NCBI GenBank assembly: GCA_964534895.1
Contig: CAZHQB010000001.1
Span: forward strand, 561 to 64,560
Source of the DNA: an uncultured Micavibrio sp.
GTDB lineage: Bacteria > Patescibacteriota > Minisyncoccia > Moranbacterales > GCA-2747515
Length of the DNA stretch: 64,000 nucleotides
Direction: 5' to 3'
The position numbers and the translations under genes are program-made. This document shows positions 61,774-64,000 of this stretch, piece after piece. Every line of letters begins with the position of its first letter. The stretch's first letter is position 1. The notes beneath the pieces are model-generated. The model searched no databases. It saw only the letters and a program-made list of their open reading frames with translations, and was not told the origin of the DNA.

Positions 61774-62611
61774 AGAAATTATAAAAACAACTGGAAATTC
61801 AGAAAAATTTTCTATCAAAAAATTACAAAAATCAATACAAAGGGCTGGTATAGATCAAAAAACTGCCAAAGAAATTGCAATTAAAGTTGCTGGTGAGCAG
61901 GGTATACATACAACAGTTGACTTACATAGAAGCACGTATGAAAAATTGAAACAAAAATATAGTCCAGTAGCAGCAAGATATAACCTCAAGAGAGCTCTAA
62001 AAATTCTTGGTCCTAGTGGATATCCTTTTGAACAGTTTGTGGCACGTTTATTGGATGCACGTGGTTACAAGACTAGTACTAATCGGACATTGCGAGGTAA
62101 ATGTATTTCACATGAGACCGATGTAATTGGTTATAAAAATGAAAGACATTTTATTTTTGAATGTAAATTTCATAATAATTTAGGATATAAAAGTGATGTG
62201 CAGACGGTACTTTATATGAAAGCTCGTTTTGATGATATTAAATCAAGATGGAAAAATATACATGAGGGACGTGATGGACATTTACATAAATTATGGATTG
62301 TTACAAATACACAGTTCACTTCGCAAGCTATAGAATATGCAAAGTGTGTTGATGTCGAACTTATGAGCTGGCGATATCCGAAAGGAAAAAGTTTAGCAGA
62401 GCTTATTGATAAAACAGGACTTCATCCGATAACAGCAATTACCAAATTAACAAAAGGACAAAAAGATAAAATTTTACATGCAGGTTTAGTGCTGTGTAGA
62501 GAGGCTGAGACAAAAAAAGAAATACTTAAAAAAGCGGGTGTGCGAGGACGCAAATTAGAACAGATTTTAGCAGAGGCAAAATCTATTGTAGATTTAGAAA
62601 ATGAGAGTTGA
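61763..62611 (+). CDS. ATP-cone domain protein fused to an Mrr-like (PD-(D/E)xK) restriction-endonuclease domain
   Basis: The N-terminal ATP cone is IIKTTGNSEKFSIKKLQKSIQRAGIDQKTAKEIA. The central D...E-x-K block is ETDVIGYKNERHFIFECKFH. The ATG at 61763 overlaps the LOG gene by 11 nt. Confidence 0.65.
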   Translation: MKNKEIIKTTGNSEKFSIKKLQKSIQRAGIDQKTAKEIAIKVAGEQGIHTTVDLHRSTYEKLKQKYSPVAARYNLKRALKILGPSGYPFEQFVARLLDARGYKTSTNRTLRGKCISHETDVIGYKNERHFIFECKFHNNLGYKSDVQTVLYMKARFDDIKSRWKNIHEGRDGHLHKLWIVTNTQFTSQAIEYAKCVDVELMSWRYPKGKSLAELIDKTGLHPITAITKLTKGQKDKILHAGLVLCREAETKKEILKKAGVRGRKLEQILAEAKSIVDLENES

Positions 62612-62635
62612 TTTTTTATAAAAAACTGCTATAAT
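62608..62635 (+). promoter_or_regulatory. Sigma70-like promoter for tRNA-His: TTGATT, 16-nt spacer, TATAAT
   Basis: Consensus -10 with an acceptable -35. The predicted transcription start lies about 18 nt upstream of the tRNA. Confidence 0.4.
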
Positions 62636-62659
62636 TATTTGGTAGTGTAATTTTTTCAT

Positions 62660-62732
62660 GGCGACTATAGTTCAACGGTTAGAACATCGGTTTGTGGTAC
62701 CGAGGATGAGGGTTCGATTCCCTCTAGTCGCC
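62660..62732 (+). tRNA. tRNA-His (GTG), with the extra 5' G(-1) encoded
   Basis: G(-1) pairs with C73. Anticodon loop TTGTGGT and T arm GAGGG-TTCGATT-CCCTC. Confidence 0.9.
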
Positions 62733-63116
62733 CAACTAATAAATATGATTTTTATTTGTAAAATGTTTTGTGATAATTAAATTTTTTATCAAAAAGTATT
62801 TTATAATTTAACTTTGTTAATCTATAAGCCTACCTGATTATTCTAAAAAATTTTTAAAATTGAATGAAGTGTGGTATGATTAAGTTGTAATAATTTAGGT
62901 CACTGAAGAATTAAAATTTACTATCATCTCAAGTGTGACTAAGTGAAGTTGAAAAATTGAGATGAATACTGTAGGTAAAGAGTATGCTCTGAAGTATTCA
63001 AAACTGTAAGAATGGAATAAAATTGTTAGTTTGGAGATTTTTTGCTTTCCCAGTGTTACAGTCGAAATAATAAGTTGTTAATATTTTGAGGGTCTTAATA
63101 ATTATTTAACATAAAA

Positions 63117-64000
63117 ATGAAGAACAAAACAAAACAAATAATTTTAGTGTCTAGTTTTTTGCTTGTGATTGTATGTATTTTTATTTTTATACAATTCATA
63201 GGTTTAGATAAAACTCTGAGTACTGTTATAACTGGTTTTGATAAAAGCCATCAATCTTTTCAAAATAATCAAGTTGATATTGAGAATGTAGAGGCGAGTT
63301 CTTTGGTTCATTCTTCTAAAAATCAAGATAAAACGACTTTTCAGGAAGTGGAGACTTCTTCTACTATGGGTAATCAAGTAGATGTTTCAGCTACTAAAAT
63401 AACTATTCCTCAATCAAAAAAAACCATAGTTAAAATAACCAAAGAGGTGCCTAAAAATTTTCTTAAATACAATAAAAATAAAGTTAAAGAGGTAAATGGT
63501 TATCTACAATGTATTAGAGATAACAATCTTCTTCAGTGGAATAAAAAACATCAAGAATGGGATTGCAAAAAACCATCAGGAATAGTGTTTGGTGAAGATA
63601 TTCATCAGCATCCTAGTCATGGAGTTAAAATAGAAGATGACGGGTCTGTTCGTTGTAAAGACTCCAATAGTGTGATGGTTTGGGAAGATGACGACTGGAG
63701 ATGTAAATCATATAATCCTGGAGGAGGAATTAATACGGATAACCAAACTTTAGCTTTTGTTACCGGAAGTAATCTGTTATCAATTTCCAATGGAAATACT
63801 GTAAATTTATCTTCCCTGGCAATAGACAGTGATACTCTTAGAGATTTACATTGTAATGATAATGAGATAGCCAAGTGGAATAATGGAACTAGTCAATGGG
63901 AATGTGCCCTTGATGCCGGTGGAGCAGGAGTCACTACTTTTACCGCTTTAACTGATACTCCGATTAATTATATTGGTTTTAGTAATTATCTTACTAGAGT
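63117..64000 (+). CDS. Surface or secreted repeat protein, 3'-truncated by the window edge
   Basis: My own translation from the ATG at 63117 runs 294 codons with no stop to the window end. It has an N-terminal signal anchor (IILVSSFLLVIVCIFIFIQFI) and three W-x(3-6)-W-[DER]-C repeats (QWNKKHQEWDCK, VWEDDDWRCK, KWNNGTSQWEC). Tail-fibre-like segments follow (LAFVTGSNLLSISNGNTVNLSSL; LTDTPINYIGF). Confidence 0.55.
   Translation, partial: MKNKTKQIILVSSFLLVIVCIFIFIQFIGLDKTLSTVITGFDKSHQSFQNNQVDIENVEASSLVHSSKNQDKTTFQEVETSSTMGNQVDVSATKITIPQSKKTIVKITKEVPKNFLKYNKNKVKEVNGYLQCIRDNNLLQWNKKHQEWDCKKPSGIVFGEDIHQHPSHGVKIEDDGSVRCKDSNSVMVWEDDDWRCKSYNPGGGINTDNQTLAFVTGSNLLSISNGNTVNLSSLAIDSDTLRDLHCNDNEIAKWNNGTSQWECALDAGGAGVTTFTALTDTPINYIGFSNYLTR

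Overview
This window is a low-GC (roughly one-third G+C by eye), gene-dense bacterial chromosome segment. About 65 genes are co-directional on the + strand, with one tRNA and one damaged gene on the - strand. The standard genetic code applies, since several well-conserved genes end in TGA. Gene content and style point to a reduced-genome, monoderm-type organism, probably of the Candidate Phyla Radiation/Patescibacteria kind. The signs are very long surface proteins, a type IV pilus locus without a secretin, and many housekeeping genes with no biosynthetic pathways.

Recognisable features, in order:
- a LamG/concanavalin-like surface protein flanked by a repeated intergenic element
- ligA, an RDD membrane protein and gatC-gatA (no gatB here)
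- a tRNA operon: initiator tRNA-Met, a second CAT tRNA and tRNA-Asp
- gyrB, secY, acyP, tmk, thyA-folA, mnmA, scpA-scpB, a D-Ala-D-Ala carboxypeptidase, mraY, pgk, eno, a PfkB kinase and an FtsA-like ATPase
- a complete infA-rpmJ-rpsM-rpsK-rpsD-rpoA-rplQ block (rpmJ was absent from the ORF track and found by hand) followed by rplM-rpsI and secG
- a family-5 ABC substrate-binding protein, a PGI/PMI-type SIS isomerase, and a 570-nt non-coding region that looks like a structured ncRNA gene
- RNase J with a basic N-terminal tail, trpS, two paralogous unknown genes, a PMM-like HAD hydrolase and ychF
- a CIRCE-controlled groEL with no groES
- a type IV pilus locus (pilB, pilC, three pilin-like genes, pilM/N/O)
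- tRNA-Arg (-), glutaredoxin, trxB, rpiB, rpe, gdhA, a frameshifted amino-acid-kinase-like gene (-) and tkt
- a LOG-family gene overlapping an ATP-cone/Mrr-like nuclease gene, tRNA-His, and a 3'-truncated surface-protein gene

The most interesting candidates are the LOG + ATP-cone-nuclease pair, the RpoA that lacks its C-terminal domain, the strand-specific structured RNA candidate at 35.1-35.4 kb, and the repeat element flanking the surface-protein genes.

Coordinates that I derived by hand (tRNAs, promoters, hairpins, rpmJ) may be off by 1-2 nt.
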